From a virus, in the IMG/VR virus record IMGVR_UViG_3300027752_001458, positions 1 to 64,000 of that record: 64,000 bases of DNA; one strand, given 5' to 3'. This document shows positions 33,601 to 39,945 of this stretch, in pieces (within the stretch, counting starts at the first letter, position 1; each line of letters opens with the position of its first letter). Below the pieces are notes generated by a model. The model worked only from the letters and a program-made list of their open reading frames with translations. It was not told the DNA's origin and searched no databases. A program made the position numbers and the translations under genes.

Positions 33601-34710
33601 TCTTACTGCACGTTTGTCTTTAGGCGGTAACTGGTCACCGACTTCTAAGAATGTGTTCTTGTGGTGCCAAAAGTTAATTCTGCTCCACACGTTATTATCA
33701 GTTGAGCCACGCTCCATGATAATGTAGTCTGGATTTTCCTGAGTGTTATCACTGTCGTACGGTTCGATGTCAAATGCACCTGCGCCGCCCACTGTGTAAA
33801 CTAGTTGTGATCCGAGTGGTGCAACATAGCCGTTCCATAATGGAAGACCTGACTGTGGATCTGTTTGATCGAATGCGTAATCAGGTGCACCTACTTGAGT
33901 GTACTCGCCACCTGCTACTAGTTGTCCCCAGGATTCATAGTTCGTAATGCCTTGTAATCCGCCACTGTTAAAATATGTGCCTGTTGAGCTAGTTTCTATA
34001 AGAGTGTCTTCGACTCCAATAATTGTTTGGTCAAACTGAATATAATCTTCAGTACTGAAAACAGTTGCAAAGTTTTGATCCTTGTTGTGTAGTATAATGC
34101 TTTCGCCTACACCTTCTACAATATATCTGTTTTCATCTTTAAATTTGTTTGGGATAACATAGTTGCCTGCAAAAGTAACAACCATTCCACTTTTTAATGT
34201 AGTTCCTGCGGGTGTTGTGAATGACCTCTGACCTACAATGTCCTTCTCAATGTTTATAGGAGATGCAGATGTACCTTCAACAATAACTGGTGTCGGGCCG
34301 TTTGGACTCCAAAAGTATTCTTGGTAGTTAACAAACTTGTCAATATTAACTGGTGGTAAAAACGTGTATGCTTCAGAATCAAATATTGAATTTTGATTAA
34401 GTGTATTAACACCATAACTTTTAAGCACGTTGATATAGTCCTCATAGAACATAATGTTTGTGCTTTTACCTGTTGTCTGGTCAATAGTACTTACTGCTGG
34501 CTCTAAACTAAACTTGTCTCTATCAGCAGTTGGTTGCAAAATGTATGTATCTTTTGCACTTAACAGGTCCTCTTCTCGTCTACCAACATAAGCAGACATT
34601 GTCTCAACGTTTGCTTTACTAAAAAGTTGCTCAACTGTTGTATCGAAAAAATTCTTTATAACAGGTGTCTGGTGAATTACGGGAAGTTTTGTATATTTTT
34701 TATCAGCCAT
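15625..34710 (-). CDS. Giant (6361 aa) baseplate wedge-like structural protein with YHYH-like and Calx-beta-like inserts
   Basis: Uninterrupted 19-kb ORF directly after the gp6-like gene. C-terminal YFNEVKPYSSKIR motif; internal SPIVGWAFDGFPIYGPYG. Confidence 0.75.
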   Translation of the reverse strand: MADKKYTKLPVIHQTPVIKNFFDTTVEQLFSKANVETMSAYVGRREEDLLSAKDTYILQPTADRDKFSLEPAVSTIDQTTGKSTNIMFYEDYINVLKSYGVNTLNQNSIFDSEAYTFLPPVNIDKFVNYQEYFWSPNGPTPVIVEGTSASPINIEKDIVGQRSFTTPAGTTLKSGMVVTFAGNYVIPNKFKDENRYIVEGVGESIILHNKDQNFATVFSTEDYIQFDQTIIGVEDTLIETSSTGTYFNSGGLQGITNYESWGQLVAGGEYTQVGAPDYAFDQTDPQSGLPLWNGYVAPLGSQLVYTVGGAGAFDIEPYDSDNTQENPDYIIMERGSTDNNVWSRINFWHHKNTFLEVGDQLPPKDKRAVRPIIEFDRNIELQNFGLTGKFAVDMSAEGYVQSEIVGRPTGASIDSVTLQPGNTILLASDDASVSQHAYIISDDGSENVVLTKVADATSPAGLLDGQAGFVPYVAQVGDVITVKFGSKYQGIEYYWTGTEWKAGQQKTKINTPIEFVMYDSSKVRLDSDATYPSSTFTGNNIFGYTPTSSNRTADPVLNFPLEYKNFNNFSEISFTNHIDDYFESYTPFGGTAKKQISGYIYYKKNNAKVTYDTAWRPLEEKLKQRVEDRYIINDSDSESAKRLYHISAVPTNSKSDIAGLVEKSIRIYVNGKRTELFSYDASQVAVIFASFTFSKFDIIDIFTETDTGYFESVNTNGRYHVPGSWHSNLDNADILSISQPEYLEHFKNLIEFQEDHTGDSLGANNSENVKRDIKYADKIMQTDDDLRLSAFLFSNDKFNIKDSMDFVAEEYVKYKNRLKKEIKNFVNSSDYTAMSYSAMLELVLENVIAYNQGKNVFDDTFMIAFGDKYIEEKLVMNNVLKREYTLTNYLDLLKIENTIYLYESDGVNPDKLLCADVDYEITTTLGAVTVTFKTAYTITLGNTIKVRLYDSNRESAQVPSTPSALGMYPITYPEIITDTTFISPIKMVVGHDGSKSVATNDVHDFILLEFEKRVYNATLQQFRNNDSLPDLNVSDIRPGQFRKTGRDRDEYYGLLRSNFNNYITRNDVDFVKNEFYLADDLWTWNYNHGTSKPAHWKGIFEACYDTDRPHTHPWEMLGFTRKPTWWETQYGTSYASSNSNLWSDLEEGIIRQGARENVTNSRYKVDNPYRRIGLKYELPVDASGTLIAPANIIATTATTKTISWAETTTGVSDNNGGANTFIHVDGVSVSQVANVLNITTNNIMNHAVGTFPTADNTSIIQDKASTYKLTSLVGRVDPSSLGTQFANATTTSNTAIGIATNGALITNANSGVTHTDSTTFTYNSMYRNEVSRDNAGGAPDSNNIYGYIQPSPQAVALDNWSTSTHSPIVGWAFDGFPIYGPYGYSDRANASSSIKRIDSSYGLKTVTRATIGGTPTGEFVEDYEYIANSGDLDAYNGRSGPTPEFPAGTYYYVATVDASNKPAYPYTTGPSFAETPTHVSTNNTGTTAVDSTGATFSLTSTLSTVYAADSTLTGKDWKFGDGAPVENAWKISEGYPFAVMQALLLAQPGKFATVFSDPRKPVRRSANPKQLLDRTTNRRIKAKLAEIHGEVTASETTTYTVGFTQYINAFLKFQGLNTTKEFVKPYRSITSKLGHKFAGYVDKDTMTVFSDSYSSTGNSSSLILPQEDIDIGVHVGPYSTTNDFSGVLITYTTAGKYKVEGYNAVKRFFEVEESNTSGPATEVSVGGEAVDFGTYSNSVNYITGTIIKSGYNFYQAKDFSPAGSNVTDTALWQRLPSLPMTNAAEATLYLQGTGIIKKVEYGTVFATVNELFDFLISLGRKQEAMGYDFGEFNGEINDINNWLYSGKQFLFWSIGKWAPGNTLSLSPLASNVKFLAPIGRVSKIIDVDQSQYSILDQEGKSIKTSECEITRDTNLITIIPPTGKQIYGVILYTNEIEHAMVLSNKTIFGDTIYNDVLNQRQRRIKIKGKRTAGWNGTLTAEGYIITPDGLKPNFDTLASDMGRYNEIGHVPVEKQLYEASRRQYGYEERKYLREFELTQDDQYDFYAGMIRSKGTKNSIEVLLNSDKVLVPGSVAVYDEWALKAGDFGDTGNYQTIDIKVSESEITNERQLIQIAYPEDIVSKVKAVEVLDRTTKFYQRPFLEIEPPPADIPGSFEYGGGTTAKATVNIGTDGRISDVTVNEPGYGYTINPSVTVVAAQLLTANITTTFLKPYAVSTANITVADLTSAGNILITDNFSSNVNTIIDLSSVTSVQDVANAINSTNDISANISATFTRTAGAGIEEFYLTIKGNDFTLAEQGAGTTLESTLNLPAKRYQPRQRYSFQTANSTTFSDIIVSVNGGTTTGNIVGAGGSHDWEFDEGSRTNITTNSLLSGNVSQSFTFTPVEVGDGITTTTPLAADNLQIINGSYPHVDVFINGAKLPETSEEALYTITSDIGAGTSTLNFLDCGAIPGAPIQPNSVIEIVERGTIDLEDTYYGDLPGSSMNIKVFANDALAAKLTQMRTFEIYPDSKDDATILIDVDDPIRLPVRPSDMAEKGLWPLTSSVSYVGLVDSKYAPLPNSGYVSKYNVQYQAFDIYDFENLFDVNQLANASKLPKENDTIHFAKGEHEEFEVYKLTSTGSNVSYVEFDEGVGTSFLWADVKLSDIILDNNDNSNVSADYDHTKWFDQVLALKGNNIISPNYANLVSYDGNPIYVTDQLEVDHPITRFVSEEKVAERSVEMGNINYTVPSVNTISTITPQLSGNIINAEAVTLQNAYQYARAEEVTPTTDITIFRSVDAIPNMKVHNKQLTFTINNGQLDGVAQGHWLKFHDNSSSNLNGNIFQVANITPAGEVQLYANTTVLGGMTETVTKANLTFINFGNAKTGNTSVDYTVQIVAPGHPFSVGSNVVFNVDNIGATVGDVFVVKDKTDTTFTLGSALYGTHTALNVITDTATVSLAETTLKVTAVPNALSLKGDSFDFVGESLFDGLTVKFKDESGTELAGASFSPKNIRTEKVLNKNFTERLSTLGNISTPVQGTVENAVTSGTVVNINTAETLEKGMYLFHSTVTEPTQIISVAYDLPNYGSEPAKAIRGADSGTNVITLSSTTGVNVGDYVIVPLVLGHDINDTANSVTVATISGNDITLSQGITSLTVPNPLPAGTYASGDALDASLNNFDINLADGRSFSGDATLYFLHTGDGQVANVTLQNAVTLAADDIVDFAKAIREVEATTPAQEVELVVFDINPASYTGGALNEANLSFTINDATKITTDTDLSTLVNLEYVKINQLSSEDIVESVRRIDTTSNSFVINKTLFDAPRLTLTVASDVTAGTSVTILGNTNRLIEGMRVTGTGVPAGTTIATIVGDTIITLSDNVTLTAGDTVETYRTTYEEATFMGANTVITTGENHTFAIDGSDTLVGNGITVHAYDPDYYNNTFTVVDIPTANTIVIDYPAFSHPYETGGVTYRSEFDYKVYGTDAPGITGKEGFTPFFIADHKGNISFNGANVVTSTYPWHSVEQYAADIKDIMYSKAGMVVKKGSMFININWADVSQKVKDYMANKGKGAVKKPGKNAIPLTAGTTVKNSAAPKGSAAVKVTSGPAKKTTTKAKSNSSDGSQNTYDPTLKTGTGKNGDPKVDNLPTLTPKEVASQALQQALFDQSKSILPGQQELTKPLAQRYLDQQGTTSGGGYSIGGGAFNGAETEYGAGGSQWGTSKQEFDYASGQWESVPSGTSWTRDDIKFTMQTDGTITASDGSVWATSATRLEKGTMGGMGEDYADYGKVYGGQTHSIDKVDPTLKSKIAFTNDFTGDDPANIGIQHASHNCVDAIKHTHEYVETGRSCTVDANGFNGAGTQRVDSKCIHAGDETKGKCDAPKITEYVDNIASCYKPYASGFTAEWKQDSVNEGGTGTFVVQANNITAGETIVVDATGSVDLAADINGGLTTPFTMTFNANGTATKTVTFTADGTTEGSELLKFRLRASTSKGALTGQPSDIVTVNDTSLDPVPTYTGMTANKHRVGENGEEITFTLLGKHLSAGATVTATMSGVSRTDFATGGDLTNSMTLVFAMAQIGSTTKWQATAQVVTRNDVLTEGTETATLTAGATDSNGATVGLVGSSAVSPVGVIIDDTSIAPIPPFERVNYYLYHSSGPSPEVVSFQLAADQSIDEQLNVFFNMYSAEDRMDVYQGTSKYMMNKVVATTNSNSTCTVQTTAEKAQFKKLITNAPGANDGAINSIQRTGDMGGILGGGRKNVGKCSFNYKPGLGRWITIKTSRGVNGSNSAVFYWGFNQLPINQGQQTWYWEKSNAGGVGFASTGSTIASSKNANSQPTTVHSGSGGSGNPGVPINVNIGGGASNSAIGGTFAGATHVWPGPNGGQGSPTTKQNNNGNLVATSPAQQYQFTGVGGNNFGGININHVGNSAGLGTKPNIRQTGQSNSVKRFDNQESFYKGSIKAGPVNFTNSAERPLRPLDGRPSFVAQDGTFSGKTNSPIPTNDTFNPQSNPEKPKARFMTIKLLKKTITGLYQPLIAGGSQASMDVELNKYCMKPKIKLCSSNTWIPGKDGASTAGSGAVATDHSQYNLRDGDTFWINDKQISTSGITGVEAMKARVQQVMGDQIDATIITEDGVKCLQILMRDNTPDVPILRNGCKGGILKEVLDYTVNNKLNVAFSETTTLAGTRTNTNTVNTKVLADTDSDANTADSEVGSVSTTATGTDYISNTIGAQQRKDRNQPSTITQGHNGTGYRRGDILRAVGGVAVSQQSNTGFAGDGMSIAGIQFTRGGRGYGKLDKATGLYQADGSIRITVGGAGTSGYGFEFDADHITVDANTGALVGVAFTDGLRQFMGLQAVTANDGSQLIGTGYVFNNPPTINIIGSGADAVGQVVWANEKPSSKEEVAVFRVTDVDDDGAIIDLAVLHRGLYQTFPGDLNSGVPLEYHVTKNATGTKPGDQTFSSISNTSRGSGTGGRVFLTGRLIGDCRQKGTAIQDMGLQEGAQDPGSFLQNMVDSINANSQKDPNGMPYFTASVDDSGVIPGLRLGTEAGDGIELEGSFPGLLESMNIDSGAYIPEIPPAIDVVSGGASVGDGFNEDGTQPGTGGTAGGGGAGDGTGGGFGVGAGASDGTKTGGPDSGKAIRFQSRSPFAIGTAIGDLVQSGQLYKYELRRLDGASPISITASDVSAIHVNPYALQSQRISNDLNANGTVKVNVTSLSNVWVDNYQNTNKWAYLESGTVIRQQEKLVDTKFIRDVFTYDEDSAEKEFDIDLYDPFKGILPGFIGKEIDFRTERDPVVYDPRKVKYGRKDVGLRWWDTSTLRYTWYEQGPGTYSSTGYNNYERSQNWGEMFPGSRVVINEWVESLTAPSNTDNFITETHADKNGKPKTYYYFWQSDLSIVSDMARVNFQKERSTLELTRLLQDIDSERVAYSGIISPDAMVVNTMGSLIRTDDSILSVNFKRKENENAQKHTSWTLAGEGDRDGTIPNNLSMKLIDSLAGYNGLDQAVPGSGLSVSERYGSKFRPRQTMFKDIKKARKQMFVILNDIFRQLQMETTFLDWRDNLPTDYALLERVNWYEQIRIDKTNNSTVYYDNTYKPLRKVADTKQFGLLKNVLDKSIIQVQKDDSARYTLYEYSKKTDKFTLIAMENETVRWTNTVHSSGQSLAIGKEVRLILNALYSNVFVNTYSAHWNKFFFEMLKYAYAEQGELDYAFKTTYLKIVKEETDLVPFKGFKIDNFDKAVEYFNEVKPYSSKIRNYSDIKKAPVEIMSGSTSDFDRPPFYDEGLKAVRILDKNVPADALTLSTDKDYTGFSNTPSKIRSMDQTIVFDRVKGALYENTTGGSVQTIVADGTTSVFNLNFEVQDSDRLEIFVNGRKIDKTSTSANTTVTNYLVDVGNAFISFTDEAGVNNAVGLPGNGDKIEVKYIDGFDPTLETMNVSIAKNIVAIETASNTSISNTSLQWTAPERLWKFNPSVRTAVTNAFDLAYGVGASSNTSITTNISVVSEMVSSGNLTTALNLVKSKVHATFQGQELDGNIFTDVVPGTHPTTHYTDTRGFDANTWDDGLFDREVEVNNFVGVFSEDSQGNVNYRVDDETVYGFDSVTFLKSQYGPDRPEELIVVQPLETLVMDVMTQGNTQISTDSTDVRFMVFMDMFGQTEYYRRNITPLTTVTSPLAIWDTEIMFADVTKIPNATKQDRSVIWINGERIEYENKNLATKSISGIIRGTKGTTPNTIIPVGAEVYNGEESENIRLRDANGLLVRDPEDFNWIKPVEIFDDTIPFDDDWDGSGNLTVTSANVNYANVTYDGDTDNITYGFDSSWDGSGTFNPTGRPGGNNNSVLNWPLFDEDEVNGWDSGNKTVKEAGSITDKGTVLKSNVSIIDFLHNFE

Positions 34711-34715
34711 TTTTA

Positions 34716-37700
34716 TTAATATCCACTTGAGTCGCTTGAGTTATTGCCTGAACTAGTTGCACTAGAACCTGTAATCTGATTGTTAATCACGTTATCTTGT
34801 GTAGTAGTTGCTTTGTTCTTACCTTCTTCCGCTACATAGTTACCCATGTATGTTGTTATGCCGTTTGGCATATAAAATGTCTTTCCAAAGAAATCATGTG
34901 TATGCGATGTACCGTTGCCTACAAAGTCTGATGCTTCTTTTGTTGGATACAATGGATAGTAACCATTGATTGCAAAAGGACCAATCTCACTCTCTGGGTT
35001 TTCATATGAAGTAAATGTTGGTGTGCCACTGGTAGGCTTAATGTTCTCTTTAGTGATTTTGTCAACGATGTCAATATCGTCAACTGACGCTGTACTTAAA
35101 AATAACTCGTCACTGTCGCTCTTCACTTGAAATAAGTCTCCGAAAACACCTGTTGCTCGTTTAGGTACGATAACAATACTTCCGATCGAGTTACCTACTT
35201 CTTGATGTATGTAACTACTTAGTTCCGTAAAGTAGAATGTATCGCCAAATTCCCAATTGTCTATACTGAAATATTTAGTAACTGATTTAATAATTTTGGT
35301 TTTAATCTCGTTGTCACTTAGTGACGTGCCTGGTAGTCTGACTACTTTGAATCTTGCTTGTAGTTCTGCCTGTGCATCGTCGCCAAATAATAACTTAAAT
35401 CTGCCGCTCTTGAATAAAATTTGATCACTAGCCGCTTTGTAAGTTTGTAAAATTTGGAACTCTGTTTCAAGTTCTAATGTGCTTGGCTCTTCGGGCCATG
35501 CTGTTCCTGGAACGTTAATATACGAAAGTACTTCATCGTAGTAAGTGTCTGTTAACATGAAAAACTCATGTACATTACTAATACTAGGATCAATTCTCAT
35601 ATCGTTATTTGCAATATGGTTCCACTTAAATACTACACTTTCTTGTGTAGCGTTTTGCGTATCTTGTGTAAAGCTCTTGCCAATTTTAGCTCTATGCTTT
35701 GAACTTTCATAGTTGTTAACAACATTAAGGTTTGTGCTACTGTAGGACATCAAGTAGACTTTACCTGTATCTTTTGCATAAACTTTCTTGTTATGGAACT
35801 TGCCGTCAACATTGTTAAACGTGTCTACAATGGCTTTCGATTTAACTAGGAAAATATCGTAGTCTGCAATATTGTAATATGTGCCTGATAAGTTTAATGC
35901 ACTACCAGTCGAGTTGCCTGCAATCTTATCTTTAGTTGCACTAAAGTTAACACCTGGCTCTCTGCGTAAATCTAATATTCCTGTCTTAACAGGCTTAGTA
36001 TAAGTGTATCCGTCGAAGCTATCGAAGTCTTCAAATATCACAATATCGTTTGGCCCAACAAAATCATCGAACTGTATAGGATTATCCGGACTGTCATCGT
36101 TTGTTGAATTAAACGGAGTTACTTGCACTTTTCTAGCATCAGTATGCCCATCTGCGTAAACAAAGTTCTTAACAGCACTCCAAGTAATAGGAGTATCTAG
36201 TCTGTCTTTTGCTCTAGCATAGTTTACATTAATAAGGTCTTTACTAGCCAAGCCAGTTGAATCGACAGCATAATGTCTGTTGTCATCAAAGTCCACAATT
36301 GTTAATGTGCCTGTCTGTGTGGCAACGTTTGCATTGGATACATAAATGTGTCCACCGCCTCTGTTAGAAATAATGTTGGACTCATATGTAGCCGTGTCAT
36401 GCCTGTATGCTATGTTGCCTTGTGCATTTAGTATCGGGAAGCCAAACGTTGTGCTTGTAAAGTCAATGTTTACTTTACTAGGTAATGAGTGTACAACACC
36501 TGTGTTATTTGCAATAGTAACATTTATGTTACTTGTTAAATCCGATGTATCGAAGTTAGAACCTAACGGTATAGTTAAGTTGTGTACAAATGTGTTACCA
36601 GATGAATTACCATTCTTAAATAAACCAAAGTTTGAGTTAACTGTGAACTCTACTTGGCTATAGTTTACACTTCTTGATTTCAAAGGTATGTCAGTAAAGT
36701 TAACACCATCTTTGGTTGAGTACCACTTATCACCAATGTAATCTGGTGTAGGTGTCGTTGTATCTCTCCACTCAAAGCCTTCTAATGTCTGACCTTGTGT
36801 GTTAAGTGTTGTTAGCTCTAGCGTATCATATTTTGCTCTACCTGTAAAACTATCTACAATTCTATTTTGGTTAATGTTATAAAATCTGCAATCTTCATAA
36901 CTTTCAAAAATATACTTTGTGCCTCTTAGTTCTACATTGTATCTAAACGACAACGTGTCAATTGGCTCATACATAAACTTCATGAGCCAACTTCTATCTC
37001 TGTTGTTTCCGGATGTATCTTCTGAGTTACCGATATCAAACGTGTTAGTCAAGTCCATATCATTATTATTAACAACATAGAACGTGTCTGTTGTTGCATT
37101 ATAGCCAACACCGAATGTTTGCTTTTTAGCAATAGCAGATGAAATTTTGTTGCTTTCGACTTCGTAAAACTTACTTCTTAATGTAGTAATAATTTCTTTA
37201 CCAGCCCAGCCATCTCTTACATTTTCACTTAATGCGAATGGACCGTTTGCTGTAGTACTAGAGCTAACACGTCTGCCCGAGTTTCTAACAGAAACTATTT
37301 TAACCCACTTATACTTTGTAATATCTGCAGGATCTACGAACTTTATCATGTGCCCGGGCTGTATAAGGGACAATTCTGTTTTGGAAATATTTACGTCACT
37401 TACTGTACCTGTTTGAGTAAAGGTCTCAGTCATGTAGCCTGTATCATTTTCCGTTGTCTTAGGAAGCGTCTTCCATACTATGCCGTACTGGTCTAATTTA
37501 AATTTGTTTGGCTGTGTCTCAATCCACTTATTTCTAAAATCGCTATAGATAAAATCTCTTAATTCTAGATTCTTTAAGTATATAGGGAACACTTTTTCAA
37601 TTTGTTCTTTTGCTGTGTTGTTACCGTCAATAATAAACGAGTAACTTTGCGGAGAATCTTCTTTGTATAACGCTCCGTCTTCAGCAATAGTAGTTGTTGT

Positions 37701-39125
37701 CTGGAATGTGCTAGTAGGATCGGTAATATCGATATATCTACTGTGTCCAGCATGTGTTTTATTAGTAACTTTTAGTTTTCGTATGTTATTGCTTTTTGCT
37801 AAAGGCAATACTTGATAATCTTGTGCTGACACCATTCTGTCTTGAGCATAAAATGCCTGTGGTGCTCTTTCCTTAATCCCTGCCAATGTCTCTGATGGCA
37901 ATGAATTGTTAATGCTTGTTTGTAATCTAGCAGTAATAGTGAGTACATACTTCTCACCTGTCTGAGTTTCGTATGTTATGTCTGAAACTACGTTGCCCAT
38001 GTCGTCAGGTTGAATACTGTATCTCTCGTCTGCACTTGCTCTGTAAAACGCTCTGTAGTTGCCTACTGGAACGTTTGCAAAGTTACCATCAGCGAACTGT
38101 AATTTAATACCGCCTGTACCTAAGTTTTGTATTGCATACAAGTTAGGTGACTTTTTCGCTAAAGTATTGTACTGTAGTGTCTGCCCAACGGTGTTAGGAA
38201 TCTGTTTCCACTTGGACAGCACACCACCGATAGTACTTACTTGTTGAAAATATACATCAGTTTCATTAATGCCGTCAACAGCAATAGTCTGTGATCTATT
38301 TTCTTCTGGGGTCTCAAAATCGAAAGTTTGTGACTGCAATACTCCTTGTTTGAACATTAAGAAGAATCCGTTATTTGCACTGGAAAGCCCTAGCCCGTCA
38401 TTTCTATGAATTAATCCAAAGTTGTTTGATGGGTCAGGATGCTTTTCAAAGAAGAAATTGTTATCTTCAAAGTCAGCGTTTACGATTTCAAAGTCTCTAC
38501 TAACACCGTTTATACTCTTTTTAAACTTGTAAACAAATGGCGCATTTATTTGAGTGTTAACTTCATATAAGTCGGTAATAATTGAGTTTATTGAACCAGT
38601 CTTAACTGGCTTACTAAATCTATTCACATTGCCAAAGGCACTGTTCATTACAGTAATAAATTGTTCGTAACTGTCTGGGTTGTTTGCATCATTCCAAGTA
38701 ATAGCTCTATTACCTATGTCTGATCCGCCACTATCCGTTAGTGGCTCTGTGGTGCTTACACTTACAATTTTTAACAATCCACCTGCCGCTACGTTCCTTT
38801 TAGGATTATAGCCTAACTGTCTTGCTAGTTTGTATACTGAGTCTTTTCTTTCTGCTGTTTCAAGAAAGTTTTCTCTAGTGTTTACATCCATTCTAAATGC
38901 AATACTCTGTGCCATGTATGCAAGTAATTCTATGATAGCAATGAATTCAGAACTTTCAATGTAATCGTTGAAGTTTTCAGGGAAGTTAGTTCTAATGTAC
39001 TCAATCATCGCTGTACGAATTGTTTCAAAATCGTATGCTTGGAAGTTTACATTGCTGTAAGCCTTATAGGCTATATCCCAATCTTCTGCCGCGAACAAAT
39101 TGTTCTGTCTGTTACTCGTTGCCAT
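34716..39125 (-). CDS. gp6: Baseplate wedge subunit, T4 gp6-like
   Basis: YDFETIR..FNDYIESSEF..ENFLETAERKDSV..LGY, QDRMVSAQDY; follows gp25. Confidence 0.85.
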   Translation of the reverse strand: MATSNRQNNLFAAEDWDIAYKAYSNVNFQAYDFETIRTAMIEYIRTNFPENFNDYIESSEFIAIIELLAYMAQSIAFRMDVNTRENFLETAERKDSVYKLARQLGYNPKRNVAAGGLLKIVSVSTTEPLTDSGGSDIGNRAITWNDANNPDSYEQFITVMNSAFGNVNRFSKPVKTGSINSIITDLYEVNTQINAPFVYKFKKSINGVSRDFEIVNADFEDNNFFFEKHPDPSNNFGLIHRNDGLGLSSANNGFFLMFKQGVLQSQTFDFETPEENRSQTIAVDGINETDVYFQQVSTIGGVLSKWKQIPNTVGQTLQYNTLAKKSPNLYAIQNLGTGGIKLQFADGNFANVPVGNYRAFYRASADERYSIQPDDMGNVVSDITYETQTGEKYVLTITARLQTSINNSLPSETLAGIKERAPQAFYAQDRMVSAQDYQVLPLAKSNNIRKLKVTNKTHAGHSRYIDITDPTSTFQTTTTIAEDGALYKEDSPQSYSFIIDGNNTAKEQIEKVFPIYLKNLELRDFIYSDFRNKWIETQPNKFKLDQYGIVWKTLPKTTENDTGYMTETFTQTGTVSDVNISKTELSLIQPGHMIKFVDPADITKYKWVKIVSVRNSGRRVSSSTTANGPFALSENVRDGWAGKEIITTLRSKFYEVESNKISSAIAKKQTFGVGYNATTDTFYVVNNNDMDLTNTFDIGNSEDTSGNNRDRSWLMKFMYEPIDTLSFRYNVELRGTKYIFESYEDCRFYNINQNRIVDSFTGRAKYDTLELTTLNTQGQTLEGFEWRDTTTPTPDYIGDKWYSTKDGVNFTDIPLKSRSVNYSQVEFTVNSNFGLFKNGNSSGNTFVHNLTIPLGSNFDTSDLTSNINVTIANNTGVVHSLPSKVNIDFTSTTFGFPILNAQGNIAYRHDTATYESNIISNRGGGHIYVSNANVATQTGTLTIVDFDDNRHYAVDSTGLASKDLINVNYARAKDRLDTPITWSAVKNFVYADGHTDARKVQVTPFNSTNDDSPDNPIQFDDFVGPNDIVIFEDFDSFDGYTYTKPVKTGILDLRREPGVNFSATKDKIAGNSTGSALNLSGTYYNIADYDIFLVKSKAIVDTFNNVDGKFHNKKVYAKDTGKVYLMSYSSTNLNVVNNYESSKHRAKIGKSFTQDTQNATQESVVFKWNHIANNDMRIDPSISNVHEFFMLTDTYYDEVLSYINVPGTAWPEEPSTLELETEFQILQTYKAASDQILFKSGRFKLLFGDDAQAELQARFKVVRLPGTSLSDNEIKTKIIKSVTKYFSIDNWEFGDTFYFTELSSYIHQEVGNSIGSIVIVPKRATGVFGDLFQVKSDSDELFLSTASVDDIDIVDKITKENIKPTSGTPTFTSYENPESEIGPFAINGYYPLYPTKEASDFVGNGTSHTHDFFGKTFYMPNGITTYMGNYVAEEGKNKATTTQDNVINNQITGSSATSSGNNSSDSSGY

Positions 39126-39127
39126 AT

Positions 39128-39499
39128 TTAAATCTCTCTGCTATCCTGTGTGTATTCCACAAGCAGGGTTTCTTCATCTAAGAAAGGCTTAAGAGTTAGC
39201 TGAACCTGTATGCTAATTGTATGATCAATCACTTGAGTAAACACCTCTTGGATATTAACTCTGGGATCTTTAGTACATATTCTCACTACTTCGTCTCTTA
39301 CTTCTTGTTCTACATAAGTGTCTAGTGGATTCATGATAATATCATAAATAGTAGTACCAAACGTAGGACGCATGACTCGCTCGCCCCTTCGTGTATACAA
39401 TTCGTTTAATAGGTCAACTTTTACTGCTTCACCATTAGTAACAGTGTAAGGAGGTCTAATTTTACCTATTGTGCTAAAGCCTTTATATATGTTTGCCAT
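39128..39499 (-). CDS. gp25: Baseplate wedge subunit gp25
   Basis: YKGFST..DLLNELYTRRGERVMRPTFGT..DPRV; likely start is ATG 39499. Confidence 0.9.
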   Translation of the reverse strand: MANIYKGFSTIGKIRPPYTVTNGEAVKVDLLNELYTRRGERVMRPTFGTTIYDIIMNPLDTYVEQEVRDEVVRICTKDPRVNIQEVFTQVIDHTISIQVQLTLKPFLDEETLLVEYTQDSREI

Positions 39500-39504
39500 A
39501 TCAA

Positions 39505-39536
39505 TATTTATCATCGTTCGTTAAAACATGTTTTAA
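39505..39536 (-). promoter_or_regulatory. Late promoter plus perfect palindrome TTAAAACATGTTTTAA
   Basis: Palindrome at 39521-39536, then N8, GATAAATA, N5, ATG. Confidence 0.7.
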
Positions 39537-39578
39537 TACAGCCCATTTCGGGCCTTGAAAAGTACGCCAAAATAACGG

Positions 39579-39608
39579 TTGACTTTGGTATGATTTAGAC
39601 TATATAAT
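39579..39608 (+). promoter_or_regulatory. Sigma70-type early promoter
   Basis: TTGACT-N18-TATAAT. Confidence 0.65.
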
Positions 39609-39660
39609 ACTGGAGCATAATACTTTTTATGCATTTTTTACTTTTAAATTTAGGACAGTT

Positions 39661-39945
39661 ATGAAAAACGTTTTAGACAAATTTAACAGCATCGTTGAGC
39701 TTGCAGACAAGGCTAACAAAGCCATTGCCCGCAACCGTTATGAAGGAACTACAGGCTATGGCCCCAGGTTCAGAAAAATGATGCACTTTAACAACAGGCG
39801 TGTACACTCAGTGGGCATTTACGATTACCATCTTAAGAACTACGTTCTGTTTGAGCTAGTCAATATGGTCGGTCAGTCAAAGCACTCGATTCCAAAAGAA
39901 TTGCGTCAAATGGAGCGACTAATATTAGATGCCAAGATTGCCTAA
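39661..39945 (+). CDS. Hypothetical protein
   Basis: AGGA RBS, downstream of the early promoter. Confidence 0.7.
   Translation: MKNVLDKFNSIVELADKANKAIARNRYEGTTGYGPRFRKMMHFNNRRVHSVGIYDYHLKNYVLFELVNMVGQSKHSIPKELRQMERLILDAKIA

Noticed and set aside
15635-38247. Many + strand ORFs of 60-160 aa within the baseplate genes
   Set aside because: They are antisense shadows of long minus-strand genes, with no RBS or motifs
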